Assembly: GCA_030295235.1 (NCBI GenBank)
Contig: AP026133.1
Coordinates: 620,001 to 684,000 of the forward strand
Length of the DNA stretch: 64,000 nt
Origin: Fistulifera solaris
Lineage: Eukaryota
Direction: 5' to 3'
This document shows, one piece after another, positions 34,595-48,770 of the stretch (the stretch's first letter is position 1; every line of letters begins with the position of its first letter). The position numbers and the translations under genes were made by a program. The notes beneath the pieces were generated by a model that saw nothing but the letters and a program-made list of their open reading frames with translations, ran no database searches and was not told the DNA's origin.

Positions 34595-35992
34595 ATGAAT
34601 CTCATAGCACTGCGGAATTACGCCACAACTACGGAAGCTCTCGCAACGACATCCTCTCGCATTGCCGTCATCGGAGGAGGGGCCAGCGGCATTTTCGCGG
34701 CCATTGCGGCCGCCCAAAACGGCCACAACGTTACCGTCTTTGAAGCCGCGGCCAAGACACTCTCCAAAGTCCAAATCTCGGGTGGTGGACGCTGCAATGT
34801 GATGCACAATGCGAGTCGACCAGTCACCGAATTGTTGCAACAGTATCCTAGAGGACAACGCGAATTGCAAGGATTGTTTCAAAAACGATTCCGTCCGGAA
34901 GAATGTCGGGCGTGGTTTGAACAACACGGTGTTGTCTTGAAAACAGAAGCAGATGGTCGCATGTTCCCCGTTACCGACTCGTCACAAACGGTCATGGATG
35001 CCTTGTTACAGGCGGCGGCGCGAGCGCGCGTGAAGATACGGACGCGCTGTCGAGTTCAAGCGTTGCAGAAACCCAACAACGACCACACATTTACTATTTC
35101 TATAGTCGACAAGTCCGTATCAGATCAAGCTATAGTAAAAGAATGCTATGACGCCGTGATCTTAGCTACTGGCTCAATGCCTTTGGGCTATCAATTGGCC
35201 CAGTCGGTGGGGCATTCGCTCGTAAATACGGTGCCGTCGTTGTTCACATTGAATGCCGATGAGGCCGTTCGTCCGGGAGGTGTTTTGCATGGATTGTCGG
35301 GTGTTTCGGTGCCGTTAGGTCGGGTCTCGTACTGGCCGCCGAACACGGAACCGGTGCGGAAGAAAGTATTACACGAACAGGAAGGTCCGTTGCTCATTAC
35401 GCACTACGGATTATCCGGACCAGCGGCATTGCGAGTCAGTGCGTTTGGAGCGAGGACTTTGGCGGAGCATTCCTACAAAGGAACTCTGAAAGTACACTGG
35501 GCACCCTCGTTTGGATCCAGCGTAGAGGATATTTTCGATCAGCTGTGGTTTATGACGACGTCAAATCCGCGAAAAATCATTTCGACGGTGTGCCCGTTGA
35601 TTCGAGCCGATCCGGTGACGAGCACTGTGACAACTGCCATTCCACGACGTCTATGGAGTGCACTGGTGCAAGCGGCCGGTGTCGACGAAGCGACAGTCTG
35701 GGGCGGTGTTTCAAAAAAGGTCGTTCGCCAGCTGGCACTGCAAGTGGCGGAATGTCCCATTACGATGACCGGTAAGGGAACCTTCAAAGAAGAATTCGTA
35801 ACAGCAGGAGGTGTTCCGTTGAAGGAAATTGATATGACACAAATGGAAAGTAAAGTGTGTCCTGGTTTGTTTCTTTGCGGGGAAGTCATCAATGTGGATG
35901 GAGTGACGGGTGGTTTCAATTTCATGAATGCATGGGGGACGGGATACGTGGCTGGAAATGCAGTGGGCGACTCGATCAGGAGAGCGGCATAA
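34595..35992 (+). CDS. HI0933/YhiN-family FAD-dependent oxidoreductase, copy 2 (intact)
   Basis: Full motif set in one frame. Confidence 0.93.
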   Translation: MNLIALRNYATTTEALATTSSRIAVIGGGASGIFAAIAAAQNGHNVTVFEAAAKTLSKVQISGGGRCNVMHNASRPVTELLQQYPRGQRELQGLFQKRFRPEECRAWFEQHGVVLKTEADGRMFPVTDSSQTVMDALLQAAARARVKIRTRCRVQALQKPNNDHTFTISIVDKSVSDQAIVKECYDAVILATGSMPLGYQLAQSVGHSLVNTVPSLFTLNADEAVRPGGVLHGLSGVSVPLGRVSYWPPNTEPVRKKVLHEQEGPLLITHYGLSGPAALRVSAFGARTLAEHSYKGTLKVHWAPSFGSSVEDIFDQLWFMTTSNPRKIISTVCPLIRADPVTSTVTTAIPRRLWSALVQAAGVDEATVWGGVSKKVVRQLALQVAECPITMTGKGTFKEEFVTAGGVPLKEIDMTQMESKVCPGLFLCGEVINVDGVTGGFNFMNAWGTGYVAGNAVGDSIRRAA

Positions 35993-36053
35993 AAGGAGAG
36001 AAAGCTGGCTACAGTTTATGCTCTAAGTTATCGCTATGCTCATGACATGGCAT

Positions 36054-37039
36054 CTATTGTTTCGATGAGCGAGAACAACGTCCGTCCCGACACAGATGCA
36101 TGATCTCAACTTTTGCCATTTTGAAAAAGCTGGTGGACTGGGTGCTGTATCCGTCTGTGAGCAACAGTAAAGGACCCTTTGTCGTGATTTCAATTTTTCT
36201 GTTGCCTTGTCGGCCTGATTTCTCCAGGATTCGTCAACCAGTCCTGGGAAAAAGGTGAGACCAGTGACTGCTTCCAAGTCCGTCCACCGAACCAAGAAAT
36301 CTTGATAGTCGCTTTTCTCGGGAAGCTTTTCATTCGGAACCACGAAACAGGCGAATTCACGGATAGAGTAAGCTCTCTCTGGTTGATTTGGATCAACAAC
36401 TACAACGACTTTAAACAAATGAGTCGGAACAGATACTAATGATGGCGGATTTCCCAATCCTTTGTATTGGTATTCAAATAGCTTGTCTTCGAGTTTTCGT
36501 TGCGGAAGCCAAAGAGGCCCCGTCACGACGTAGGTCTCGTATTGTTGTTGTTTCGCTCTTCGTGCCACTCCTCGTGTCCACTTTTCCAGCCCCGCCCAAA
36601 CCCCTCGATTCATATCGGACGATTGTGGGGCTATATTGATGAGATTGTAAGTGTCTGATCGATTGTCTTGGAAGTCTGCCGCTGGTGCCATGTGCCCTCG
36701 GTCGTATCCTGATAAGTGATAATGCGAATTGCGAGAACGAAACCACTCGGGAAGCGATTTTTCTTCGTAAAAGCGATGTCGACGTTGATCTGTATTGGTT
36801 GTTTCGTCCGTGACGGTGAGGCGTTCCATGACATAGACGGGTGTCCTAGTTCGAACGTCAAAAGCTATTTCAAGATAATCATTCGGTCGGAAAATACGAA
36901 TCGGAATCCAGGGCGACAGATTTGCGTTCGCCCAATCGCTTTCCGAAGTGTACAAGGTGCCGCCTACTGTCGTCGACAAGACGAGAGTTGGAAGGGCTAT
37001 CCCTCGGAGTACTGCATTATGAAAGATCCGGGAGGCCAT
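36054..37039 (-). CDS. EndoG/Nuc1-like nuclease, copy 2
   Basis: DRGH catalytic motif; 3' homopolymer frameshifts. Confidence 0.9.
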
Positions 37040-37541
37040 GGGCCCTTGGTGTTAGAAAATGTTATTGAAGTGAGACTTGGAGGCTGTTGAAAGAAGAAAG
37101 GTACCTGGTACATGCCGCATGCCGATAACAGAGAGCAAAATGCGCCGATGACTTTTTGCGGACGCGTAAACGGAAAAGTGCGCATCCCTGTTAGGGATAA
37201 GGGATAGAGACTGACCGGTGCTATGTGCTATGGTTTTTCCACAGTAGATTTTGAAAACCGGTTTAGGAAGATCTAGGTTTTACTGGCGACCACAATGTCA
37301 TAAGATCAACTCAAATCAGAATTCAGCTAGCTTTCTTCTCCCCTTCGTAGTTACTACGTAATAAAGCTTGTCGGCACCTCTGTTCATTCCTTATCCAAAC
37401 ACAAAACATTCGCGAGCCGAAGGATCCAGTGAAACAGCAACGTGCGCATCGGTGATCAGAGCGTTGTCAGTTATTGGATGAGAGAATGATGAATAGTTTA
37501 GTCTAGTGACCACTTGATTCAAGTAAACGTTGCTGAACATC

Positions 37542-38461
37542 ATGAGCCAGTGGAATGAAAGGAAACCGCAGGCAGACAGCGACCGCGTCAAGCGGCGAAA
37601 CGGATGGCCCGAACATCAAGGTCTTTCACAAACTGCTTATCCTTATTCCCTCGCCAATCAATTGCCGCTCGGTTATACCATGAACGCACCCCTACCACCT
37701 TATGATGAACTAATTCATCCTTATTCGTCCGTAACATCGTACAATGTCCGAGACCAACTTTTGACACAACTGATCGCAGCACAACTGACCGGATCTATCC
37801 TGTACTCCCAATTGTTTCCACTGCATCCATACTTTCCGATAAGAAACGAAACCGTGACATTTATGCATGAGCACCACAATTCCGGCGTCTTTCGAATGCA
37901 ACCTAACCAACTATCCGATCTCGTAAGCAGCGATGAACCGTCACAACATTCAGCTTCCTTCTCGGCCCCACCACTCATACCGCCAGTCACAATCGACAGC
38001 CGACAACAGATACCGGCTGAAGAATCCACGCAACAAACACCTTCTAGTTCGTTACTTAGCAAGCCAAAGCGTCCGTTATCCGCTTACAATGTTTTCTTTC
38101 AAGAAGAACGTGCGAGGATTGTCAAAGAAAGGGAGCTCCAAAACAGCAAAGATGCTCCATTAGACTCGTCAAAGCAGCGCTACCAGCCAAACGGGACCGG
38201 TTTCGAAGATCTGGCAAAGGAAATTAGCAAGAGATGGAAGAGCATCGACAAGAAGCGTCTTGATAAATGTTCACAACTTGCCGAAACTGATACGGTAAGA
38301 TACCAAAAGAGCTGGCTGCGTATAAGGAGCAAAGAGAGGCCAAGCTTTCGGCAATGCAGCAAGCTCAAGTGGCATCTGTATCGGAAGAAGCATGGAAGCG
38401 CTATATCGCGGAAGCAGAAAAACAAAAGCCTCTTAGGAACAGGAAACGGAAACGAAAATAG
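37542..38461 (+). CDS. HMG-box protein A, copy 2
   Basis: As copy 1; same A-run frameshift near 38305. Confidence 0.85.
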
Positions 38462-41400
38462 TGTTCGCAACTTTCTTCAGATGCTTTTGTCAACGTCTTT
38501 CAACACAGAACAATGACTAACGAAAAAATCTCGATGAAAACGCGAGTTCCCCATTCTCGTGTAAACGATCGCAATGTTTCTTTCACTATAAATGATGATG
38601 GTTTTGTTTTAGTTTCATAAGCGTCGACCTTCATTCCTGGTCAGAAACGGTTTGGTGGCATAAATAATGAACCTAAACCCTCGCCGTTTGGCCGGTGGCA
38701 GCGCACGCACTGGCTGATGACTGATGACTCATTCACGCGAAGCGTAGATCGAGAATTTAGACACGAGTGCTCATTTTCGCGATCTTCGCGCGGCGACTTT
38801 TGTACACCCTCCTCTTCGTAAAATTTCAACAATATCTGCTGATTCCTGACTAATTTCATCTTCGTCTGTGTCATTGTAAGAGATTTGGTGTTTCCCGCTA
38901 GATTCTTCTTTGTCCGGTGATAATCCACTGTCAGGAAGCAAGAAAAGGGGTTCCTTGTCCGATGTATGACCATCCATGCCTCCCTTCTACACAACTGTCG
39001 AGAGCAAAAGTGTGAATAAAGGCTCATGCGGGCAAAAACCCCCATGTCGAAAAAACAAGTCGCTTTCCTGGCAAACCGCACCAGCAAGTTATATCGCAGC
39101 GCTCTTGTAAGCCGTTTCCGTATCATCAACGTTGGTAAAGCACAAAGCTGTACCCTTCGTCTGGGTCACGAACAACGAAGGCAAAATCAATAGTTCCGGT
39201 AAATTCTCCATCAGCATCGAGCAAAATCCCAAATGCAACACCTATCGTCAAAACTGCCATTGTCGCAATCCTTCTCTTTTCCCATTCCTTCTCTCTTATT
39301 CATTGCTTTTCTGGCCATTTCGCTTTTCTTGACGTCGGCCGACATGACTTTAAAACTCTGATCAGGAAAGGTGTCGATAACCATAAAACCCTCTCGGAAC
39401 TGGGACAATGTTGAAAGGTACTTGTCAAAATAGGCAACAAAACCGATTGTGTGTTCGATTGCACTGCATAACTACATGACATTGCAAGAAAAAGGAGTCA
39501 AATGCACAACAGGACGTCGGCATTGTAAGAAACGTTCTCACTGCGTCGTGGTTTCCAGTTCACTTTCTGACCGATCGAGATTGAGCAACGAGCAAACACT
39601 TTCTCATTATTCCTGACACAGTTACTTTTATGTCACGTGCTTCTCAGTTTCAGGAGGCCAGTACATTTCAAGTTCGTGACCCCTGACCTTTGGCTCGCTG
39701 TTCCATGGTCTATATAAACGTTGAACATGATGACCTTTTGCCCTTTGATTCAAGGGCGTAGAAACGGCTCATGACGAGGTTGCCATGCTAGTTTGAATCT
39801 GCTTCTTTTCCACTTTTTGCGACAACAGTTGCACTTGCCGCAACCCTCAACACGCCAGATGATAACAATAACAATGAATGAATACGGAGTAAATGAAGCA
39901 GAGGAGGAACCAGTTAAATGTAATACTCCGTATTAAACAGTGACAACGACACAGTGACCGTTTGCGGCTTCAAGGCTTCAGCCCGGATGTTCGCATCCCG
40001 CATCCCGCCCGCGTTATGACTTAGGTGCTTAGGAATTACGAGTTACGACTTACGCCTTACGACCTCCGCTTTCAACGTATAGAATGAATAAGTTTGACGT
40101 GTGACTCAGAAGCAGTCTTTCGTCTTTGTCCGTCTACGACTACGAGGTTAGCGATTTACGAGTAATGACTTTTGAGTAGAACCGACGGAGAAATAAAAAC
40201 CACATTTTAAGTAGTAGTACAATGAAAGAAAGAAGTCGCAGTGACGAAAACAGGAATTGTCAGTATTCCGTATGTTGTAGGCTGATTCTCAATGTTTCCG
40301 ACCCTGGACACCTGGACATGACACTGACACATGGCAACATGGCAATGACACTTCATGAAGGCGAGAGCCATTCAAAATTCAAACTACTCTGAAAATGACA
40401 AGACGACAGGCGTTGAGAACTGACATTTCTGTTGATGAGATCTAACTTAAGATACAAAATGCGGAGCAAATGAGATGGGCCACGAATGCATCGATTGAAG
40501 ATTGGAAATGGGAAAGGGATGAAAAGCAGCAACAGTAGTTCTGCAGCTGGTTTCCATCCTTCCCTTCGCTCACTTGGTCGTAATTCGGCTCCTGCACATG
40601 CTGATGGAACACCATCCAACGTCGAGGTGGTGCTGACCGAATCGTCAGCTTCACTTGATCTATCATTGACATGAGTCATATGCGAGTTGAGAGAGTATAG
40701 AGGGAGAGCGATGGCACAAATGATCGCCGTGTCTGAATGTGATTCAAGTTGGAGAAGACGTCTTAGTTTCTCACGAGCAGTCGGATGGTGACAGCTACAA
40801 CAGTGCAATCGACCCACCTAGAAAGGACGGATGGATTGACAACCTTCGACTAGCTTCGTAAGCAGCCAGACACCACTTGTACAAGGCATTGGCCCTTCCT
40901 TTTACTGCAATCATCAGCATCGCTTTGATGTCGATACCTGGTACTTGTCGAACAATCATCGCATGTGAATCTTTCAGTTCCACACCCCATTGATTCAATC
41001 ATTAGGAAAGTTACAAATCCAATTATAGCAGCATAAGATATTGCGGCCATTCCACATCACTCCAACAAAAGATTGGACATTATCACTTCCTTGATCTCAC
41101 ATAAGGAACTGGATGGAACTACCACAAACGAATCGACCTCGAAGCTGTTAGCGAGCAAGGTATTGTCAAAGAAAAAACCGATGGAGATTTCAAGATCATA
41201 TCTGACCTTGAGTCAGGCTCTGGAAATAGATTGATCAAGGTCTTTCTTGTTCATTAGCGAAGTGTCTGAAAAACGGCCAGTACGAGTGGTTCTTGGGTAA
41301 AATTGCATTCAGAGGGCTAGTCAGAGATTTCGAGAATGGACTTGAGCGTAGGAATAGGTATTGCAAAGGTATGAGTGGAGAAGAGTGTGGGCTGTGTATC

Positions 41401-43224
41401 TCTGCCGTCAATTGTTTCATCGCAATCAAATGTTAATTGGAAGTTCCGTATCCTTGTTTGCTTTGCAGGACCTACACTTCAGCTTGCCCCGAAATGACAA
41501 TCAATTCCATGAATCATACTGTAACAAGATTAAAGGCAAGCAGTATAAGAACGCAAGACGTGGTTACAAGCATCGGGCACGCCTTGTACGCTAACACTCA
41601 GTGCTTGCTTTATCAGCGAAGCTCGGTACCATCGTTTCCGACTGACTAGACAACTAATCTTTCAGCTTTGTGTGGCTTTGCATTCTTGATTGTCCACGAT
41701 TTCTAAGAGTAATCAAATTTGGGGAATTGATTTGGTCCCAAAGCTTCGCTTTTATGTAATAGCACCGTGCTAGAGAAGGCGCTGCACAAAACCAGGATTT
41801 CGTCTGGTCGTCCGCGTGAAACGTTGAACAACAGACAGAAAAGCGCCGACTGTCGGATCATAAATTTTTGAATGAATCATAATATGACTCAGATCGTTGT
41901 TTGGTCATTGATTTTTTTGCCAAAGACAAAAGACTGAGTTTCGGGGTGATGATTTGGTTTAAGGTGCATTACGGACTTAAGGAAATTCGAAATGTTAATG
42001 TTGAGTTTCCGTTTTTGTTGACGATACCTGGTACGGGACACGAAAAACATGCTGACATCTGACCGCCGACTTGCCAATGCCGACAGCCAATATCCGATAG
42101 GTATTTCGGCTATAATTAGATTGATCGATGATCAAATTAAAAAGATTTATTTGGTTTTCGGTCGTGAACGATCAACAAAAGTGGGGGCGTAATATCTTCT
42201 GTGATTATTAACACCTAATCCACTGGTGCCTAAGGCTGAGGTCGATCCTACATCCAAAGAAGTTTTCTCGAAAAACAGTTGACTCGCGACTTCCACGCTT
42301 AATTCTGTGTCATTAGTCGATAACGTGAGCCTTTCTTGCCTGCCTATTTCGCAATCCTGGCCATAGCAAGCAAACTTTGGCGACTGCTATCGATTGGAAG
42401 CTTCCTATTCAATCATGTGTAGATCACAATGACCAGCTGTGCTTTTATCTTTGTCGCAGTTTGTTTATTGCAAATGCAGCTGAATCCCAGGAAGGGTGAT
42501 ATGAATTTCGTTCGATGGAGGCCCCTCTAAAAGTAACAAAATAGTTTCCTACAAAACGGAAAGTGACAACTAATACTGACATGATCAAAATGTTGTGATG
42601 CTAGACTAATTCGACGAGAAGGATTTTAATAAGTCAGTCGAGGAAGAAGAGTCCACAAGAGACATTATCACGCACATGGGTAATTCGGAAAAGTGGCCGA
42701 AAGAGCTTTCCATCGATTTCGTGCACAGCAACGGATTATTTAGGCAGTCATCAGTCATCAGTCATCACTGCATCTCAAATCATCACCAGCTTCTCCGCGC
42801 TCTTTGAGTCCCAGATTTTTTGTTGCTTATGATCAAACTGGCATTTTAGATTCTGTTTCGGGAGAAAAGACTAAGAGCTACGTCAGCCGACATTTAGTAA
42901 GGCGAATATTGTCATAAGATACGTATTGTAAGTAGAGAAACTAATACTCTAAAGGACAAGTTTCAATAAAAATTCCTTCTGTACAAAATACTCGCTAATG
43001 GGAATCCGAGACATCATGACCTATACCTGTAGCATGGAGCATTAACGAACGCACCTCAACCGCCATCGTGAACATTCAACTGTGAGAGACTGTCAGTCCG
43101 TTCAGCACCCAGCGGCAACAACAAACGAAAGAAAGCATATATCCATTTCCTTGCACCCTGAGACCTTGCAATTTACAATCAGTGAGACAACTTTCAGCTA
43201 GCTCGTTCAGCAGCGGCGAAGAAC

Positions 43225-44103
43225 ATGAAGCGATCGGTGAAGAAAACAGATGAATCAGAAGGCGGCAATTTAGAAAAATGGGCAAAAGATAGGCTAGAGC
43301 AAAACCATCCGCAACACGGCAGCGCCATGCCAATCTACCAGGTTTCGAATGCGCCGATACATCTTAACGATTACTTGTTGCCTTCTGTAAACAACCAATT
43401 GGTTGCAGCACAACATCTCACGGCAGTCATCAATTCTAATGCATCGAATTTGCTCAGACGACCCACTTCTAATAGTTCCGCAGTATATTCACCGCAGATC
43501 GTGAGCCTCGACACAGCATTGCGTGCGGATTTGGTGCCTAACGCACTGATAGTACCCTATCAGGCTCAGCCGATTGCACCAAGTCGTCAAACAGAGATGG
43601 TATCTGTCGCACTTACGAATTCTACCGAACGTTCGCTTTCCGGACCCACGCCAAGCAAGCCTAAGCGTCCTTTGTCTGCGTACAATGTCTTTTTCCAAGA
43701 AGAGCGTGCGAAAATAATAGAAGAAAGAGAAGGCGTAGAGAGAAACGACTCATCCGGCAACTCGCCAACCAACAAAAAACAGCGTTACCAACCGAATGGA
43801 ACAGGTTTCGAAGATCTAGCTAAGGAAATCAGCAGACGATGGAAGGCTGTCGACAGCGAGCGGCTTTCTGAATGCACCCGGCTTGCGGAAGCCGATACGG
43901 AAAGATATCAACAAGAGCTCGCAGAGTATAGTAAATTGAGAGAAGAGAGGCTATCAGCGAAGCAGCGCGCTCAAGCCGCCTCAGTGTCCGAAGAGACCTG
44001 GAAAAACTATCTTGCAACTGCAGAAAAACAAAAGCCACCGCGGCCATCGCGGAAGCGGTCAAGGAAAGGGATAGATCATAAGATCACGGATAAAAACGTG
44101 TAA
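43225..44103 (+). CDS. HMG-box protein B, copy 2 (intact, 292 aa)
   Basis: Complete HMG box plus conserved basic tail in one ORF. Confidence 0.9.
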   Translation: MKRSVKKTDESEGGNLEKWAKDRLEQNHPQHGSAMPIYQVSNAPIHLNDYLLPSVNNQLVAAQHLTAVINSNASNLLRRPTSNSSAVYSPQIVSLDTALRADLVPNALIVPYQAQPIAPSRQTEMVSVALTNSTERSLSGPTPSKPKRPLSAYNVFFQEERAKIIEEREGVERNDSSGNSPTNKKQRYQPNGTGFEDLAKEISRRWKAVDSERLSECTRLAEADTERYQQELAEYSKLREERLSAKQRAQAASVSEETWKNYLATAEKQKPPRPSRKRSRKGIDHKITDKNV

Positions 44104-45138
44104 ATCGAGGCAACATACGAAGTTCGTCACGTTGAAAATTGTTAGCTTTTCGCTCGCCGAAGGAGGAGTAAAGGTTCGAATAAGGATCTGAGAAAAGCGA
44201 GACTGATGAGTATGAAGGCTTGTATTGAAGATTGCGAAGCCCTCACGATAGTGCGTTGGTACGCTCAGATTCGAAGCGGAGAAACAAGCAGTTGCTCTGG
44301 TTTCCAAATGTGCTATCCAGGGTGAGCTCATGGGCAAGCTGCGACGAATAAATTGATTTGCCCCGTTGATTTTGCAATAATGTGAGGGCTTGCAATTCCA
44401 GTGATGGGTTTAAAGACATGAAGTCCAGCAATCGAACCAACGATCGCAACCATCGATTGCGTGGTGCGGAGATCGTTTAGTGTATGTTTTCATTCAGGCG
44501 TCATGCGTCATAGCGCGGTCTAAAGCCGCGGAGTTTTCAGTGTTCAGGATTCAGGATTCATACTGCGAAATTTCTATAGTCTTTGTAGCTATTGTCTTTT
44601 CGGGCTGGGACGAATGACGAATGCCGAATGTCATTACGAGTGCTACTTAGCTCGATGATTTGATTTGAGTCCCTTTTGTTCTTTCGGGAACATAAAAACT
44701 AGAGAGACATCAAGCCAACGTCGCATGTCAAATTTAATCCTCTTCATATTAGTTCCTTTATTTTGCATCCGGTTTTAAGCGTATTAAGCCGCAGCTGTGT
44801 AACCTCTACTGGCGACAAATTATCAATAATTACATTTCTTTCAAAAGCGTAACTACGATGTATGAACTTCTTCAAGGCAATTAATGGCAAATTTTCCAAA
44901 ACCATACCCTGCATTGATTCCAGTAAGAATGTAGTCGTTGTAGCTAATCAGAATTCAGAACAGTAGAAGTTGCGCTAAAAATCCAACAGATGCCGGCAAC
45001 ACGAAAGTCATGTTTGATGAAAGAAAGGCAATCACATTCATACGGTTGATAATGTAGCAAAATCAATCTGCTCAGAGCAATTGTTGCATGTTGTCGGTTT
45101 GATAATCAAGTATGAAGACTCTGAGTGCCAATGATTTC

Positions 45139-45662
45139 AGTCCATGACAAGAAATAGAATTTTTATCACTCTGTTCCATTCCAGAGATTAGCTAAAGGTA
45201 TCCAGCCCTACCAGGTAGCCATGCTTCATGCTAGGCTGCATCGGTCGTTGGCAAATACTTGAGCGGCATTTCTTAAATCTCTTCTCATGACTACTTAGCT
45301 ATTGTATGCCGCTCACCCGCCCCTAGCTAGAAGGCGGTTTCTTTCTAGGGTCTAGGGTCTCAAAAGTCTCTAGTCTCTAGTAGAGTCTAATTAGGAGGTA
45401 TTAGTCCATGACGAGAAATAGAATTTTTATCACTCTGTTCCATTCCAGAGATTAGCTAAAGGTATCCAGCCCTACCAGGTAGCCATGATTCATGCTATGC
45501 TGCATCGGTCGTTGGTAAATACTCGAGCGGCATTGCTTAAATCTCTTCTCATGACTACTTAGCTATTGTATGCCGCTCACCCGCCCTAGCTAGAAGGCGG
45601 TTTTTATCTGGGGTCCAGGGTCTCAAAAGTCTCTAGTCTCTAGTAGAGTCTAATTAGGAGGT
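45139..45662. repeat. Two ~263-bp tandem units, duplicate of 25667-26189
   Basis: Units start at 45139 and 45403. Confidence 0.95.
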
Positions 45663-46033
45663 TTGTTTAAGTAGAAAGCCTCTGGGAGAGGGAGCTGGAA
45701 AGAAAGAAACGCATGTTTTATGTCGTCGGTTGTCGGTTGTAGGTTGTAAATGATGTACGATGTGGGATCCAAAATGGTTTACTGAGGAATAAACTGTCAT
45801 ATGATATTACGAAAGACCGTGTCGTCGCCTATTTAGACTATTTAAGAAAGTCCGAAGCTTTGGATCCTACATCTACATCTGGCTTAAACCTTCGTCGAAG
45901 CGTATCACCAACATCAGTGGATCTGAGGCAAAACGGAAAAAATTAGGACATGAAAGCAGCAGTTGGCTCAAAATAAAGATGGGAATCAAAATGCTCATTC
46001 GATGCAGCTTTGTGGGTGAATGCAGCAACAATC

Positions 46034-47048
46034 ATGAGCCAAGCGAATGCCAACAAACGGTCTTTGGGCGCACATAGCGTTGCGCGGAAACGCGAATGCA
46101 AACGCATGCAAGACGATCTTCAAATTCAAACCATTGTTGCACAAGCCATTGAACACGAACTTGTGCCATTGCCATCAGTTACACAAGTTCCTTCTCGTTT
46201 TAATCCACATCACTTGTCGACACTAAATTCTTCAAAAAGCGACAGCGGATCATTGCAACAGCTTGAGCCACAAACAAGTTCAATTGATCCGCACGATCGC
46301 GCTTCAATTCTCGGTCTTACTGTAGTAGCTATCCTTGAGCACCATCATCAATGCCACCAAATTAGAGATGTCGACCACATGTTGCGAAGGGACTCGGCGT
46401 CAATTTACAGTGCAGCTGATTCTCATTCGGCCCTAATCACAGGCACCAAAGCTGTCGACAAACGGGTGAGTCTGTCAACGGATCAAAACTCCAGCGGCGA
46501 CCACCAAACTTCTTCCGATTTAAAACGTCCCTCTGTGGCGTCAACCGCCTCAGCCATTCACAGTCCTTCAAATCAATCTGCTGCTGGTAGTTATTCGCCG
46601 CGATATCATTCCGAGTCAAAACTTGCCAAGCCGAAGCGTCCCCTATCAGCTTACAATGTCTTCTTCCAGGAAGAGCGCGCCAAAATCATTGCCGATCAAA
46701 AGGTAATCAGCCCGCTTCTCCTCCGGAATCATCGCCCTAACCGAAAGCAAAGATATCGACCAAACGGAACTGGGTTTGAAGATCTCGCCAAAGAAATCAG
46801 CAAACGGTGGAAACATGTCGGAAAGGAGCGCCTGGAAGAATGCACTCAGCGCGCAAATGCCGATATGGTTCGGTATGAAACCGAGCTGGCTCTGTATAAT
46901 GAGCAAAGGAGGCAGCCTGTCGGCGAAGCAGCGTGCTCAAAGAGCCACGGTGTCCGAAGAAGCTTGGGCGCAGTATCTCGCCGCTGCCGAAAGTCAAAAG
47001 CCTCCCCGAAAGAGAAAGTCAAAGAAACGATCTTACCAAAAACCCTGA
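46034..47048 (+). CDS. HMG-box protein C, copy 2
   Basis: HMG box intact in ORF 46010-47068; tail frameshifted near 46910. Confidence 0.85.
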
Positions 47049-47486
47049 GAGGGCTGTATGTTTTTTGAGGCCAACGAGCGATGAGAACGCATGAAGATTG
47101 AACCGATAATGAAAACAAGAACTTGAGTTCAGTGGTTCGAAATGCGGTCTTCAAAAACAGTTTAGTCGCTTTGTGATGAAGAATTTTCCGCCAAAAGCTT
47201 TTTGGCTATCATAGTTTTCCACTACTTTTTACCCTAATCATGAAACTTTCATCTTAGTTGAGAACTGTCTTTGCAACCAAGTCGCCTTCCCAAGTAGCCT
47301 AGTTACAGCGTACAACAAACAATACTTGGTAGAAACATGATCAATGTGAAAGAATATACCAAGTACTCCGGTAATAAGGAACATTCAAGGCGGAAGCAGC
47401 GGTTAGCACGTTTATGGTCGCGTGCCGCGTGTGAAAACGTAGGATTTCTCGGGTACCGGTACCGATACCGGGTACGGTACCTGGTA

Positions 47487-48466
47487 CAGCTGTTTGCACA
47501 ATGGCCCAGACTTCATGTAGGTTCCGTAGAAGTCTACCACAACGGAGTTGAGTCGCGGTCCGACTACTCCTCCGCCCTACTCCCATCGCGACAAATCTCG
47601 TGTTGTTTTCGAGAATGCCGATCCTATCATTACATTGCTAATAACACTTGCAGACTGCTTTAGTCAGGCACGATCAACACACATATTGTTCCTTTTTTTA
47701 TTTAGCATCGATTGGTATATATATCGTGCCTGACTCAAAACATTTCGGTTCTCAAAACTGTCGGTGAAAATTGGCACACGTTTGTGTGCAGTGATGACTC
47801 GCGGGCTATCAAGACAAATGGATTTGTGGAGAGCATTTTCCTTCAGACCTTGAAAGATCATCACCCAGCACTCAAAGAGAGCTTGGTTCAACAAAATTGA
47901 CACGATCATTGTTGAAGAAAGCCATTCCAATCATGAAATCGATGATGAAGACGGAAGTGACGATATGGACAAGTTGCCGTCAGAGGGCGAAATAGAGGAT
48001 GAAACAGACTAAACAGCGCTGGATCGCTTCAGCGCTCATGGCAGAGTACTAATTTCATGTAATTTCAACTTACTTTATCAAGAAATTCGCTTTAAGATGC
48101 AGCAACATGAACAAGAATGGTAATGAGGGCATGTTGCAAGTTGCAAGAAGGGAGCGAGATTTTGCGCGAAACGGTGCGTGCCTGTCGGTCGTGTGACGAT
48201 GCGTGACTGACCCGGGACTGAAATGAAACCGACCATTTGTTCAAACAAAGGTAGGTTTAAAAGAATTGATGACAAGAAATTGCTGTCAAAAATGATTAGT
48301 ATCAGTATGATCAAATTTATTTTCTGAAAAAGATGCTTTTTCAGTCAAATCATAGGTTTTCGTGAAGTAGACTTAGCTCCTACGCGAAAATGGCACGTAG
48401 ATTTTGTACTATCCGGTACATTTTCTACGAAAGCTACATAGGTCAGTGACCGGAAGCAAACAGCTG
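47487..48466. mobile_element. Non-autonomous Tc1/mariner-superfamily-like DNA transposon (980 bp)
   Basis: TA-cagctgtttgc ... gcaaacagctg-TA. Absent from copy 1, which has a single TA at 28009-28010. Internal coding-like remnant with acidic end (47712-48012). Confidence 0.88.
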
Positions 48467-48770
48467 TACCAGAGTAACTAGTAGACTCCTCGTGCCCATT
48501 TCTCCATACTGTACAGCTAAGTAAAAGCGTCCGAAGTATCAACGGAAACAACGCTTTTGGGTACGAAACTCGTCCGAGTACCGCATATCGCCGAAGCGAC
48601 TTCCAAGCATTATGAAAGTTCACGAGGAGGTCACAGTCCTCTCTCTCTACCTGGTGTTGTTGCCTCTCTTCTCTTTTAATTCGTCCAGGCAGCGTGTCAA
48701 GGTGGATTTCTCAGAGAATGCGCTACCGAAGAGGTTATCTATAGGCGCTCGTTATAGCAAAGGCGGGCTT

